Part shown: one piece after another, positions 30,111 through 39,859 of the stretch | How the letters are laid out: the number at the start of each line of letters is the position of its first letter | Position numbering within the stretch: position 1 is the first letter of the stretch | From: Desulfobacteraceae bacterium | GTDB taxonomy: Bacteria; Desulfobacterota; Desulfobacteria; Desulfobacterales; SKZT01 | DNA length: 64,000 nt | NCBI GenBank assembly: GCA_011389745.1 | Contig: JAABTQ010000004.1 | Coordinates: 83,007-147,006 of the forward strand | Direction of reading: 5' to 3' | Translations under genes and position numbers: made by a program | Notes under the pieces: model-generated | What the model was told of the DNA's origin: nothing | What the model saw: only the letters and a program-made list of their open reading frames with translations | The model's database searches: none

Positions 30111-30887
30111 ATGATTACTATGAATATTTTAAATACCTTGCGATTATTAACCGTTTTGTTAATTGCCGTGTTAACTACCTTATCCATAAACGGATGTTCG
30201 AAAGCGCCGGTTGCTGTTGTTCCCGGACATAGTGCGGAGGGTTCCCCAAGGCCATATCGGGTGGGACAGGAATGGTACCAGCCTCTCGCCAGTGTCCGGG
30301 AATTCAAGGAACGGGGGGTGGCTTCATGGTATGGCAAGGACTTTCATGGCAAGAAGACATCATCCGGTGAAATTTACAACATGTATGACATGACCGCCGC
30401 CCACAAAATTCTTCCACTAGGAACTTATGTACGGGTTAAAAATCTGGAAAACAATCGGGTAATGGACGTTCGGATAAATGATCGTGGACCTTTTGTCCGG
30501 GGCCGTATTCTTGATCTTTCATACACGGCAGCAAAAAACCTTGAAATTGTCGGTCCAGGAACAGCAAAGGTTGAAATTGTCGCATTAGGAACCCGCAATG
30601 CATCAAAAATGAGAGGCTCCGAGGATATTGCGTACACTCCGGTGGATTATTTTTCCGGCACTTTCAGTGTCCAGGTAGGTGCATTTCAAGATCGGAATAA
30701 TGCGGAACGGCTTCGAAAAGACCTTGCATCGATTCACAAGGACACGTACATTAGCGCGTTTTCCAATGGTGACAATACCTTTTACCGTGTTCGGGTGGGT
30801 CGCTTTAGTTCAGTGGATCAAGTTATGAATGCGGAAAGACTGTTAGTTGAAAACGGATATTCGGGTGCTTTTAGCGTTGCCGACTAA
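30111..30887 (+). CDS. rlpA: Septal ring lytic transglycosylase RlpA-like lipoprotein (DPBB + SPOR domains)
   Basis: Lipoprotein-like signal (LSINGC), ASWYGKDFHGKKTSSGEIYNMYDMTAAHKILPLGTYVRVKNL...VRINDRGPF, and a C-terminal SPOR-like FSVQVGAF...YRVRVGRF. Confidence 0.85.
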   Translation: MITMNILNTLRLLTVLLIAVLTTLSINGCSKAPVAVVPGHSAEGSPRPYRVGQEWYQPLASVREFKERGVASWYGKDFHGKKTSSGEIYNMYDMTAAHKILPLGTYVRVKNLENNRVMDVRINDRGPFVRGRILDLSYTAAKNLEIVGPGTAKVEIVALGTRNASKMRGSEDIAYTPVDYFSGTFSVQVGAFQDRNNAERLRKDLASIHKDTYISAFSNGDNTFYRVRVGRFSSVDQVMNAERLLVENGYSGAFSVAD

Positions 30888-30917
30888 GATTCCAATTAAA
30901 ACCTGCAAGTATGGAGA

Positions 30918-31493
30918 TTGAGATTGTTGAATAAAGTCGTGTTTTTAGATCGAGATGGTGTTATAAACTATGACTCATTAAATTATATCAAAAGTCTTGA
31001 TGAATTCATTTTAATTCCAGGAAGTCTTTCAGCAATTTCCAAACTATCCCAACATGGATACAATGTATATGTAATTACAAATCAGTCGGCTATTGCCCGA
31101 AACTTAGCAGATATTTCCATTATCAACGATCTTCACCAATATCTGAGAGAATCCGTTTACCATGCGGGCGGCCATATCGACGGTATCTATTTTTGCCCCC
31201 ACCATCCGGACCAGGGGTGTCATTGCCGGAAACCCCGCACCGGTCTGATTGATCAGGCAGTTGCGGAAAATAATATTGATGTAGGTTCTGCGGTTATGGT
31301 TGGAGACAAATTAACGGATATAGAATGTGCCAAAAGGGCTGGATGCAAACGCGCGTATCTCGTCATGACCGGCATTGTGAATCCACTGAAACAAATTGAA
31401 AATGATCTCTTCCAGGATTTTTTTCAAAGTGCCAAAACCTTGTTCCACGCGGTAGATTTACTTGTTTATGAGGACAAAACAAAAAGCAGATAG
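30918..31493 (+). CDS. gmhB: D-glycero-D-manno-heptose 1,7-bisphosphate phosphatase (HAD family)
   Basis: FLDRDGVIN (HAD motif I), the CPHHPDQGCHCRKP zinc-loop motif, and VGDKLTD. The exact TTG start is uncertain (30918, 30924 or 30927). Confidence 0.8.
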   Translation: MRLLNKVVFLDRDGVINYDSLNYIKSLDEFILIPGSLSAISKLSQHGYNVYVITNQSAIARNLADISIINDLHQYLRESVYHAGGHIDGIYFCPHHPDQGCHCRKPRTGLIDQAVAENNIDVGSAVMVGDKLTDIECAKRAGCKRAYLVMTGIVNPLKQIENDLFQDFFQSAKTLFHAVDLLVYEDKTKSR

Positions 31494-33723
31494 CCCGGCA
31501 ATTATTGAAGGGGATTTGGAACGAATTACATATTACAACCAACAGACCCATTATACAATTGCACGTCTGAAAACCTCCGCAGCAGCCCGGCCCGTGACGA
31601 TAGTCGGATTTTTAGGAGGAATACAACCGGGTGAAACATTAAAAATATCCGGTTTTTGGGAGACCCATCCTAAATATGGGCAGCAGATTCGAGTCAATTC
31701 CTGGGAAGTAAAACTACCGGCCACAATTCAGGGCATTAGAAAATATTTTAAATCCGGCATTATTAAAGGTTTAGGACCTCAATTAACCGATCGCCTGATC
31801 AATCATTTCGGGGACAAGACACTTCAGATTATAGAACATCACTCCGATAGACTTCTGGAAGTCGACGGTATCGGAAAAAGGAAGGCATCCCATATTATAG
31901 ACGCATGGAAAGAGCACCATATCATGAGGGGTCTTATGCATTTTTTGCAGGACATGGGGATAAAATCAACCTATGGAGCAAAAGTTTTTCATACATACGG
32001 AGATCTTTCCCTTAAAGTACTACAGGAAAGCCCCTATCGTTTGGCCGAGGATATTCCTGACTTTGGTTTTCAAATAGCCGATACAATCGCCAGAAAAATG
32101 GGAACTCCGGATGATGATCCCATACGCATCAACGCTTGTATTTTGCATTGTCTTGATAAATATGCCGGCGAAGGTCACTCATTCGCTCTAAAAAAACATT
32201 TAACAATCCGGTGCGAGCATCTTTTTAAATTATACCAGGATGATGTTATCAACGGAATTAATTGCCTCTCTGAATCCGGGCAACTCATTATCGAAACGAT
32301 ACCTTTGGATACTGATGAACCTGATAATTTTGAAAATATCGATGATACTGCCGTTTACAGAAAATCGCTTTACAAAGCCGAATCCGGTATTGCCTCAAGA
32401 ATTGCCGCACTGCTCTCTGTTCCGCTTGAACCTGAAAAAATGGATATTGGTTCTATTCATTCCCAGATTGCCAATCAATTATCCATCAACCTGTCCTCAG
32501 ATCAGCTGGATGTCATAAGAGATTTGTTTTTTCAAAAAGCTGCCATTATAACCGGTGGACCCGGAACGGGAAAAACCACCTTGATCCGCTCAATAGTTGC
32601 AATATTTAAGGCCATAAATAAAAGAGTTCTTTTAGGGGCACCTACCGGACGTGCCGCCAAACGACTTTCTGATGTCTGCCTGGAAAAAGCAACCACTATT
32701 CACAGGCTTTTAGGCTTTACCTATGCCAATGGAAGTTCCGGACAATCCTTTTTTGGAAAAGATCAGGACAATCCACTCGAAGCCGATGTGATCATCATTG
32801 ATGAAGCTTCTATGATTGACACCTCGTTGATGTATCATCTGCTTAACGCTATCTCGCCTTCATCACGTCTGGTTCTGGTGGGTGATGTTTTTCAACTTCC
32901 CTCGGTTGGTCCTGGCAATGTCCTTTCGGACATGATCCGTTCTCAGGCAATCCGGGTTTATTATCTAAATAAAATTTTCCGACAGTCCCGGCAAAGCCGA
33001 ATCATTGTCAATGCACACAAAGTCCGAAATGGTGAATTTCCAGAACTTATTTCCTTTGATGAAAATGAACATTCAACGGAATTTTATTTCCTTGAGAAAC
33101 CAGAACCCAAAAATATTGCCGAAACCATCGTTTCTTTGACTGCTCACATTCTTCCATCTCGTTTTTCTTTTAATCCGGTTTCCGACATCCAGGTTTTAAC
33201 CCCTATGCATAAAGGAGATGCCGGGACAATCAACTTAAACATGCTGCTCCAAAAAGAAATTAACAATTCTTCTACCTATATGGATTCATTGGGACATACA
33301 TTCAAACTTGGTGATAAGGTTATGCACCTTAAAAACAATTATCAAAAAGAAGTTTTTAATGGCGATATCGGGATCATTTGCTCAATGGATTTGCAAAAAA
33401 AAAGACTTTCAGTTAACTATGAGGAACGAATCGTGAATTATGATTATGCGGAGACAGATGAACTTACACTGGCATATGCCATATCGGTTCACAAAGCACA
33501 GGGATCGGAATATCCCGCTGTTATTTTGCCTCTCATAACTCAGCATTACATGCTGCTGCAGCGAAACGTTCTTTATACGGCAATAACCCGGGGAAAAAAA
33601 GTGGTCATCATGGTGGGGACACAAAAGGCATTGAATATCGCGCTCAGTAATGATAAGCCACAAAAAAGACTTTCGGGTCTTTCTTTTCGAATCAAGCAGC
33701 ATCTGAATAATTTTTCGTTATAA
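31462..33723 (+). CDS. recD2: RecD2-type SF1B ATP-dependent DNA helicase
   Basis: N-terminal OB/HhH region, Walker A GGPGTGKTT, IIIDEASMID, LVGDVFQLPSVGPG, and C-terminal AISVHKAQGSEY...YTAITRGK. Confidence 0.85.
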   Translation: MFMRTKQKADSPAIIEGDLERITYYNQQTHYTIARLKTSAAARPVTIVGFLGGIQPGETLKISGFWETHPKYGQQIRVNSWEVKLPATIQGIRKYFKSGIIKGLGPQLTDRLINHFGDKTLQIIEHHSDRLLEVDGIGKRKASHIIDAWKEHHIMRGLMHFLQDMGIKSTYGAKVFHTYGDLSLKVLQESPYRLAEDIPDFGFQIADTIARKMGTPDDDPIRINACILHCLDKYAGEGHSFALKKHLTIRCEHLFKLYQDDVINGINCLSESGQLIIETIPLDTDEPDNFENIDDTAVYRKSLYKAESGIASRIAALLSVPLEPEKMDIGSIHSQIANQLSINLSSDQLDVIRDLFFQKAAIITGGPGTGKTTLIRSIVAIFKAINKRVLLGAPTGRAAKRLSDVCLEKATTIHRLLGFTYANGSSGQSFFGKDQDNPLEADVIIIDEASMIDTSLMYHLLNAISPSSRLVLVGDVFQLPSVGPGNVLSDMIRSQAIRVYYLNKIFRQSRQSRIIVNAHKVRNGEFPELISFDENEHSTEFYFLEKPEPKNIAETIVSLTAHILPSRFSFNPVSDIQVLTPMHKGDAGTINLNMLLQKEINNSSTYMDSLGHTFKLGDKVMHLKNNYQKEVFNGDIGIICSMDLQKKRLSVNYEERIVNYDYAETDELTLAYAISVHKAQGSEYPAVILPLITQHYMLLQRNVLYTAITRGKKVVIMVGTQKALNIALSNDKPQKRLSGLSFRIKQHLNNFSL

Positions 33724-33735
33724 AAGGATTTAGTT

Positions 33736-34797
33736 ATGCCGAACTCAATTATCACAGCAACCGGCAGTTATTTACCATTGAGAAAAATAACCAACGACTT
33801 TTTTTTGGATCATGATTTTTACGGTACTGACGGAAATAAACTCGAAAGAACCAATGCGGATATAGTTAATAAACTTCTCGAAATTACCGGGATCAAAGAG
33901 AGACGCTATGTCGATGATAATCAGAACACATCGGATATTGCCGGCATAGCTGCGGAAAGGGCATTAGTAAATTTTGACAGGGAACGTCTTGATTACATTA
34001 TAGTCGCACAAAATTTCGGAGACATGACACCTGAAAATAATCGAGTAGATATTGTCCCAACCATTGCTTCCAGAGTTAAACATAAACTAGGAATAAAAAA
34101 TCCCTACACAGTTTGTTTTGACCTTCCATTCGGTTGTCCCGGATGGCTCCAGGGAGCAATTATAGCCGATTATTTCATTAAATCCGGTGATTCAAAATAT
34201 ATACTTGTTATAGGGGCCGAAATACTCTCCCGGGTATCAGATCCGCACGACATCGACAGTATGATATTTGCAGATGGTGCCGGTGCGACCCTTATTGAAT
34301 CTACAGATCAAAATACAGGAATAATGTGTCATGTCACCCGCTCTGATACCTTCAAGGAAGCTTACCTTCTGCGCATGGGACATTCATATAACCCCCATCG
34401 AAACGGCAATGATCAATTCATAAAAATGGATGGCCACCTCATTTACAAATATGCAGTTAGAACAGTCCCTCTGGTCATCAAAAAAAATCTGGAACAAGCA
34501 GGTCTCGGTTTAAGTGATGTTAATAAAATTTTGATTCACCAGGCAAATGAAAAGATGGACATGGCTATTGTCAAAAGGCTGTTCAAATTATACGGCATCA
34601 AAGAAATTGATCCGGACATTATGCCCATGATAATTTGCTGGTCAGGAAACAGTTCCGTGGCAACACTTCCCACGCTTTTAGATTTGATCAAAAGAGGAAA
34701 GCTTGAAAATCATAACTTAAATTCGGGTGATATAATCGTGTTTGCATCGGTTGGCGCCGGAATGAACATTAATTCCATGGTTTATCGGGAGCCCTGA
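33736..34797 (+). CDS. 3-oxoacyl-ACP synthase III (FabH-like KAS III) family protein
   Basis: Cys-His-Asn contexts FGCPGWLQG, LIHQANEKM and GNSSVATLP. Confidence 0.75.
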   Translation: MPNSIITATGSYLPLRKITNDFFLDHDFYGTDGNKLERTNADIVNKLLEITGIKERRYVDDNQNTSDIAGIAAERALVNFDRERLDYIIVAQNFGDMTPENNRVDIVPTIASRVKHKLGIKNPYTVCFDLPFGCPGWLQGAIIADYFIKSGDSKYILVIGAEILSRVSDPHDIDSMIFADGAGATLIESTDQNTGIMCHVTRSDTFKEAYLLRMGHSYNPHRNGNDQFIKMDGHLIYKYAVRTVPLVIKKNLEQAGLGLSDVNKILIHQANEKMDMAIVKRLFKLYGIKEIDPDIMPMIICWSGNSSVATLPTLLDLIKRGKLENHNLNSGDIIVFASVGAGMNINSMVYREP

Positions 34798-34875
34798 ATG
34801 GAGAAATTTGATCCTATTTAGCTTAAAAATGCACCTTGTCCGTCTTTCCTCCGAAAGCAGGAATACAGAATAACT

Positions 34876-34903
34876 AAACCGGATGCCGGATCAAGTCCGG
34901 TTT
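34876..34903. terminator. Hairpin (8-bp stem) in a convergent intergenic region
   Basis: AAACCGGA (34876-34883) pairs with TCCGGTTT (34896-34903). Confidence 0.45.
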
Positions 34904-34908
34904 GACGC

Positions 34909-34957
34909 AAAAAGGCTTTGTTGCAATTCATCTGAATTTTGCGAGCAAAGCCTTTTT
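34909..34957. terminator. Bidirectional terminator (12-bp stem with nested hairpin)
   Basis: AAAAAGGCTTTG (34909-34920) pairs with CAAAGCCTTTTT (34946-34957), with flanking A/T runs. Confidence 0.7.
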
Positions 34958-34976
34958 TCTTTTATGTCAAACAAAA

Positions 34977-37067
34977 TTACGCGGCAACATCTTTGTTGTA
35001 ACAAATCCGGCAACAAGCCAGGCAACGGTGAGCTTCCCGGATAGCATCTTCTTCCTGAAGCACCAGATCTGCCTCATCAAACGTTTTAATTCTGTCATAG
35101 ACGGGCAACTCCGGCATTTCCGCTCGGTTCTTCTTCTGAATGCCCGGTACTTTCTCAAATATGGATTCTTTAATATGTTTTTTGAAAAGCGCTGACCCAG
35201 GAGCTTTAACTTCTTCACCCGATAAATATTGATGAATCGATCTGGCTGCTCTTCGGCCGCCTCCAATAGCTTCTACTACGAGTGAAGCACCTGTTGCGGA
35301 ATCTCCGGCAGTAAAAATATATGGAATGTTTGTTTGAAGCGTTATGGGATCGACTGCATCGATAGTGTTCCATCGGGTTATGGCGAGTTCCTGAATTCGT
35401 TTGGTGTCAGCATTCATAAAAGAGACATCCGGACCTTGCCCGATTGCAGTAATCAGCATATCGCATTCCATCAGGGTTTCAGAACCTTCCACAGGTACAG
35501 GTCGTCTTCTTCCGCTTGCATCAGGTTCTCCCAATTCCATTTTTAAATATTCCAGGTGGGTAACATGACCGTTTTCATCTCCGATTACCCGTGTGGGAGC
35601 TGCAAGAAATGTAAATTTTATTCCTTCATGTTCTGCAGCAACGATTTCAACCTCGTTGGCCGGCATTTCTTTTCTGGTGCGGCGGTACACAATATTGACT
35701 TCTTCGGCACCTAATCTTACTAAAGTACGCACACAGTCGATCGCTGTATTTCCGCCTCCGATAACCACACACTTTTTACCGATAGGAATCTCTTCATTAC
35801 TTTTACCCTGCTGAGCAGTGGCAAATCGTGTCAAAAAATTAATACCCGTGTAGCATCCTTTAAGATCTTCGCCTTCAACTTTCATATTGTAGTCTTTCCA
35901 AGCGCCCACCCCAAGGAATATGGCATCATAGCCTGCAGCGACAAGTGATCCGACAGTAAAATCCTTTCCAAGTTTTACACTGGTTTTGGCTTCGATTCCC
36001 AAATTAAGTATACCATCGATCTCCCATTTCAGCACCTTTTTTGGCAGACGATATTCGGGGATTCCATAACGGATCATACCACCCAGCTCAGGATTGTCAT
36101 CAAACACGGTAACTGAATGACCAAGCCTTTTAAGAAAAAATGCACAACTCAAACCCGCGGGTCCACCACCAACCACAGCAACTTTTTTTCCGGTGTCAGG
36201 AGCGACGGATATATGTAAACGCTTTCCTGAATTCATTTCATAGTCAGCGGCAAAGCGTTTCAATTGATTAATGGAAACGGCTTCATCTTCAATACCTCTG
36301 CGGCAAAAATCTTCGCAAGGATGCGGACATACCCTTCCACAAGAAAGAAGCAATGGATTCCTCTCTCTGATTGTATGCACGGCTCCTTCATAATCTCCCT
36401 CCCGAATCTGAGAAATATATTTGGGAATATCGATTTCAGCAGGACAGGTCTGCTGACACGGGCCGAGTGCATCTTCTTCCTTGTTTAACTCAAGGAGCCG
36501 TTGCGACATGGTTCTGATTTTTATTATACTCTTGGGACAGACCCGTTCACAGGCTCCGCATCCGACGCATTTTTCTTCAATAACAACCGGAAACCCATCA
36601 GGCCCCATTTCAATGGCATCAAATGCACAAGCAGTTATGCAATCACCCAATCCAAGACATCCGATCGTACACACCCTTTTTCCATCGTATAAAGCGGAAA
36701 GCGCACTGCAACTTTGGACACCCATATAATAGTATTTGTCATCCGCTCTGAAACCTCCGGTACACGTGTTTATGGAGCGAAGCGGCTCGGCAGTCCCTGG
36801 ATCAAGCCCCATCACCGCCGCAACATTGGCGGCACCTTCGGGCCCTGCAACCACACACACACTTGGAAGAGCCTCACCTTTGACCACGGCGCCAGCAGCC
36901 TGGGAACATCCCGCAAATCCGCATCCACCGCAATTTGCACCCGCCATTTTGTCTTCGACTTCAGCAATTCTGGGATCTTCATATACATAGAAGACTTTAC
37001 TGGCAGCACTTAATATACTTCCGCAGGATACCCCCAATCCCAACATAAATAGAACGGCTTCTATCAC
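34977..37067 (-). CDS. rnfB: RnfB fused to a GltD/NfnB-type NAD(P)H-FAD iron-sulfur oxidoreductase module
   Basis: Start GTG at 37067, 5 nt after AAGGAGG and just past the rnfA stop (the track starts at 37106). RnfB part: TM helix, NCGGCGFAGC, CTIGCLGLGDCITAC, CVGCGACERVCP. GltD-like part: CGRVCPHPCEDFC, KVAVVGGGPAGLSCAFFL, KKCVVIGGGNTAIDCVRTLVRLGAEEVNIVYRRTRKEMPA. Confidence 0.85.
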   Translation of the reverse strand: MIEAVLFMLGLGVSCGSILSAASKVFYVYEDPRIAEVEDKMAGANCGGCGFAGCSQAAGAVVKGEALPSVCVVAGPEGAANVAAVMGLDPGTAEPLRSINTCTGGFRADDKYYYMGVQSCSALSALYDGKRVCTIGCLGLGDCITACAFDAIEMGPDGFPVVIEEKCVGCGACERVCPKSIIKIRTMSQRLLELNKEEDALGPCQQTCPAEIDIPKYISQIREGDYEGAVHTIRERNPLLLSCGRVCPHPCEDFCRRGIEDEAVSINQLKRFAADYEMNSGKRLHISVAPDTGKKVAVVGGGPAGLSCAFFLKRLGHSVTVFDDNPELGGMIRYGIPEYRLPKKVLKWEIDGILNLGIEAKTSVKLGKDFTVGSLVAAGYDAIFLGVGAWKDYNMKVEGEDLKGCYTGINFLTRFATAQQGKSNEEIPIGKKCVVIGGGNTAIDCVRTLVRLGAEEVNIVYRRTRKEMPANEVEIVAAEHEGIKFTFLAAPTRVIGDENGHVTHLEYLKMELGEPDASGRRRPVPVEGSETLMECDMLITAIGQGPDVSFMNADTKRIQELAITRWNTIDAVDPITLQTNIPYIFTAGDSATGASLVVEAIGGGRRAARSIHQYLSGEEVKAPGSALFKKHIKESIFEKVPGIQKKNRAEMPELPVYDRIKTFDEADLVLQEEDAIREAHRCLACCRICYNKDVAA

Positions 37068-37083
37068 AGCAACCTCCTTGGTT

Positions 37084-37659
37084 TTATACCATGCCTTTAA
37101 AAGCAAAAAATGTCAGAGATAAAACGCCTGCCGTTACAAGACCTATGGAAGTATCCTGAAGTGGTTGTGGGACCCTACCCAATACGACACGCTCTCGAAC
37201 CCCTGCAAAGAGAATCAGTGCGAATCCAAAACCCACCGCATAAGATATTGCGGAAATCAGGGCCTGAATAAACCCGTATTCTTCGTTGATGTTAATCAGA
37301 CAAACACCCATAACCGCGCAGTTGGTGGTGATTAAAGGGAGAAATATGCCAAGACCGGCATAAAGAGCAGGTATACTTTTTTTAAGAAACATCTCCACAA
37401 ACTGAACCAAAGATGCAATGACGAGAATAAAAGCGATGGTTCTTAAATATTGTAACCCGAATTTATTAAGGAAAAAGGTATTGACAACCCAGGTGATTAT
37501 CCCAGCCATTGTTAATACGAATATTACCGCAAATGCCATACCTACAGCGGTTTCCATCTTTTTTGTCGTTCCAAGAAACGGACAGGCACCCAGGTATTGT
37601 GCCAAGATGATGTTATTTATGAATATACAGCTGATAATGAGAACTATATAATCGCCCAT
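37084..37659 (-). CDS. rnfA: Rnf complex membrane subunit A
   Basis: FINNIILAQYLGACPFLGTTKKMETAVGMAFAVIFV, 6 TM, position in the rnfCDGEAB order. Confidence 0.9.
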   Translation of the reverse strand: MGDYIVLIISCIFINNIILAQYLGACPFLGTTKKMETAVGMAFAVIFVLTMAGIITWVVNTFFLNKFGLQYLRTIAFILVIASLVQFVEMFLKKSIPALYAGLGIFLPLITTNCAVMGVCLININEEYGFIQALISAISYAVGFGFALILFAGVRERVVLGRVPQPLQDTSIGLVTAGVLSLTFFAFKGMV

Positions 37660-37682
37660 GATTTTCTCCTAAATCTTATAGC

Positions 37683-38276
37683 TTATTTTTTTCCAATGAA
37701 ATTCATAACACAGAGCATAAGGCCGAGTCCGATAAATGCGCCCGGTGCCTCGAGCATAAAGGCAAAGGGCTCAAAGGATGCCCCGGTAACATCTATTCCA
37801 AGTACCGTTCCGCTGCCCAGCAATTCTCTTACAGCGCCCAATGAGCCTAATGCCAGGGTAAAACCAATACCGATACCAAGACCATCGGCGATTGAAGGCA
37901 CTACACTTCTTTTAAATGCAAAAGCCTCACTTCTACCGAGCACAATACAGTTGACCACAATAAGAGGTATAAAAATACCTAGCGCAAGAAAGAGTGGATA
38001 GGCAAATGCCTGCATGAGCAATTCGACTACTGTAACAAACGTAGCAATGATGACAATAAAACAAGCAATTCTGACCTTTGCCGGTATGATATTTCTCAGT
38101 AGAGATACCAGAGTATTTGCGCATACCAGCACAAAGGTCGTGGCAATACCCATACCGATACCATTCTCGACCGATTTTGTCACCGCGAGGGTAGGACACA
38201 AACCTAAAACAAGTCTGAACGGTGGTATCTCTTCCCATAATCCTTTGACAAATTCCTGAGCTAATGTTTTGGCCAT
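37683..38276 (-). CDS. rnfE: Rnf complex membrane subunit E
   Basis: FRLVLGLCPTLAVTKSVENGIGMGIATTFVL; paralogue of RnfA in the canonical position. Confidence 0.9.
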   Translation of the reverse strand: MAKTLAQEFVKGLWEEIPPFRLVLGLCPTLAVTKSVENGIGMGIATTFVLVCANTLVSLLRNIIPAKVRIACFIVIIATFVTVVELLMQAFAYPLFLALGIFIPLIVVNCIVLGRSEAFAFKRSVVPSIADGLGIGIGFTLALGSLGAVRELLGSGTVLGIDVTGASFEPFAFMLEAPGAFIGLGLMLCVMNFIGKK

Positions 38277-38304
38277 AATTCTCTCCCTGGAATAGCTATC
38301 GCCT

Positions 38305-38898
38305 TTAGAAGGTTTTTATTTTTTCCAAAATCTGATCTTTATTTTCCAAATAAACTTTGGCGGCATCTGTTGCGGCATTGGCTACAGCTCTAGATGTTAT
38401 CGTTGATCCGCTTATAATGTTAATGGTACCCCCATCGTTTGTAACCTTTATCGGGCTGTCAATGCTCTTTGCCTTGAACTGTGATACAAAAGAGGGATCC
38501 TCCTTGGCTTTCGCTCCCATTCCAGGAGTTTCTGCGTGTGTTGTCACCGATACGCCGTGAATGGTGTCATTTTCCACATTGATGGCAACCATAACGCCCA
38601 CATCACCGCCATATCCTTTACCGAAAGCTTCCAGAGCGACCGTATTGGCCTTGCCGTCAAATTTACCGATAAAAAAGTCTTTCTCGGTCTCGGTCTCCCC
38701 AACGGCCATTTTAAAGCGGTCGGCAACAGGGTCATTGGAAGAACCCACCATGATTTCTTTAATGGCCGGTCCTTTAACAAAATTTAGCTGTGCCACCTCT
38801 ATTCTCTCCTTGGTCCCATTGCGGATTGAAGCCAAAAGACCACCGGAAAAAGAAGCCAGCACCGTTAAAACAATAACCATTTTCATCATATCACGCAT
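38305..38898 (-). CDS. rnfG: Rnf complex subunit G (periplasmic FMN-binding)
   Basis: Track ORF extends to 38952. ATG at 38898 lies 1 nt after the rnfD stop, with AAGGTGGA upstream. TM anchor; FMN_bind-type motif ISGSTITSRAV. Confidence 0.85.
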   Translation of the reverse strand: MRDMMKMVIVLTVLASFSGGLLASIRNGTKERIEVAQLNFVKGPAIKEIMVGSSNDPVADRFKMAVGETETEKDFFIGKFDGKANTVALEAFGKGYGGDVGVMVAINVENDTIHGVSVTTHAETPGMGAKAKEDPSFVSQFKAKSIDSPIKVTNDGGTINIISGSTITSRAVANAATDAAKVYLENKDQILEKIKTF

Positions 38899-38899
38899 A

Positions 38900-39859
38900 T
38901 CAGTCCACCTTTCCAAGTGCTTTGGGTCTAATTTTTTCAAATATCGGGGCAAGCAAATTTATGAGCAGGATTGCAAACAAGACACCATCGACATAAGCTC
39001 CGATGTTTCTGATCAATATGGTCATAAACCCGCCGACCAAACCGTAGATCAGCATGGGAATAAAGTTGACAGGCGAAGATGAATCCTCGGGTGCCAGAAA
39101 AAAAGCTCCGATCAGGGTATACCCGGTAAACAGATGAAACATAGGTCCGGCGTATTGATCAGGGTTGACCACGTTAAATATCAATGCGGTGATAACAACG
39201 CCGGCAAGAAAAGACAATGAGATTTCCCATCGGATAAAACCGCGAATAATCAAATAGATACCGCCTAAAACGAGCCCGAGACCAAATGTAGACCCGATGC
39301 CTCCGGTTTGTTTTGCCATAAGCAGATCACCAGGTGTAAATCCCTGTGTTCCTGCAGCGCCAAATGACTTTAGTGCAGTCAGTGGATAAATAGCATCGAA
39401 TCCAAAATCAAAATTGACCAGCGCCACATTAAAATCAAAGTAATCTTTCCAGCCGATAAACAAAATGAGCGCCCCAAGAACTACGGGATTAAAAGGATTA
39501 CTTCCGATACCACCAAATATTTGCTGCCCCACAACAACGGCAAAGAATGTTCCGGTGATGACAAACCACCAGGGAACCGTCGCCGGAAGCAACATGGCAA
39601 AAACCAGACCGATTACCGCAGCATTTCCGTCACCAATGGTTTTCTCGCTTTTTCGGAGAACATTGATAACCAGTTCCCATAAAATGGCTGAAGATACCGA
39701 AAGCGCGACAACCGCGACTGCGGGTATGCCGTACTGAAAAAGCCCCATAAGAACGGCCGGTAAAGCTGCCAGCAAAATGTGATAGTTTCGGGTGGGAACC
39801 CTGCTTCCGTCATGAATAAATGGAGCGTGTGAGACGATAAGTTTTTTCTGACTATACAT
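38900..39859 (-). CDS. rnfD: Rnf complex membrane subunit D (NqrB-like)
   Basis: HAPFIHDG..., FGGIGSNPFNP, GAFFLAPEDSSSP. It overlaps the rnfC stop by 8 nt. Confidence 0.9.
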   Translation of the reverse strand: MYSQKKLIVSHAPFIHDGSRVPTRNYHILLAALPAVLMGLFQYGIPAVAVVALSVSSAILWELVINVLRKSEKTIGDGNAAVIGLVFAMLLPATVPWWFVITGTFFAVVVGQQIFGGIGSNPFNPVVLGALILFIGWKDYFDFNVALVNFDFGFDAIYPLTALKSFGAAGTQGFTPGDLLMAKQTGGIGSTFGLGLVLGGIYLIIRGFIRWEISLSFLAGVVITALIFNVVNPDQYAGPMFHLFTGYTLIGAFFLAPEDSSSPVNFIPMLIYGLVGGFMTILIRNIGAYVDGVLFAILLINLLAPIFEKIRPKALGKVD

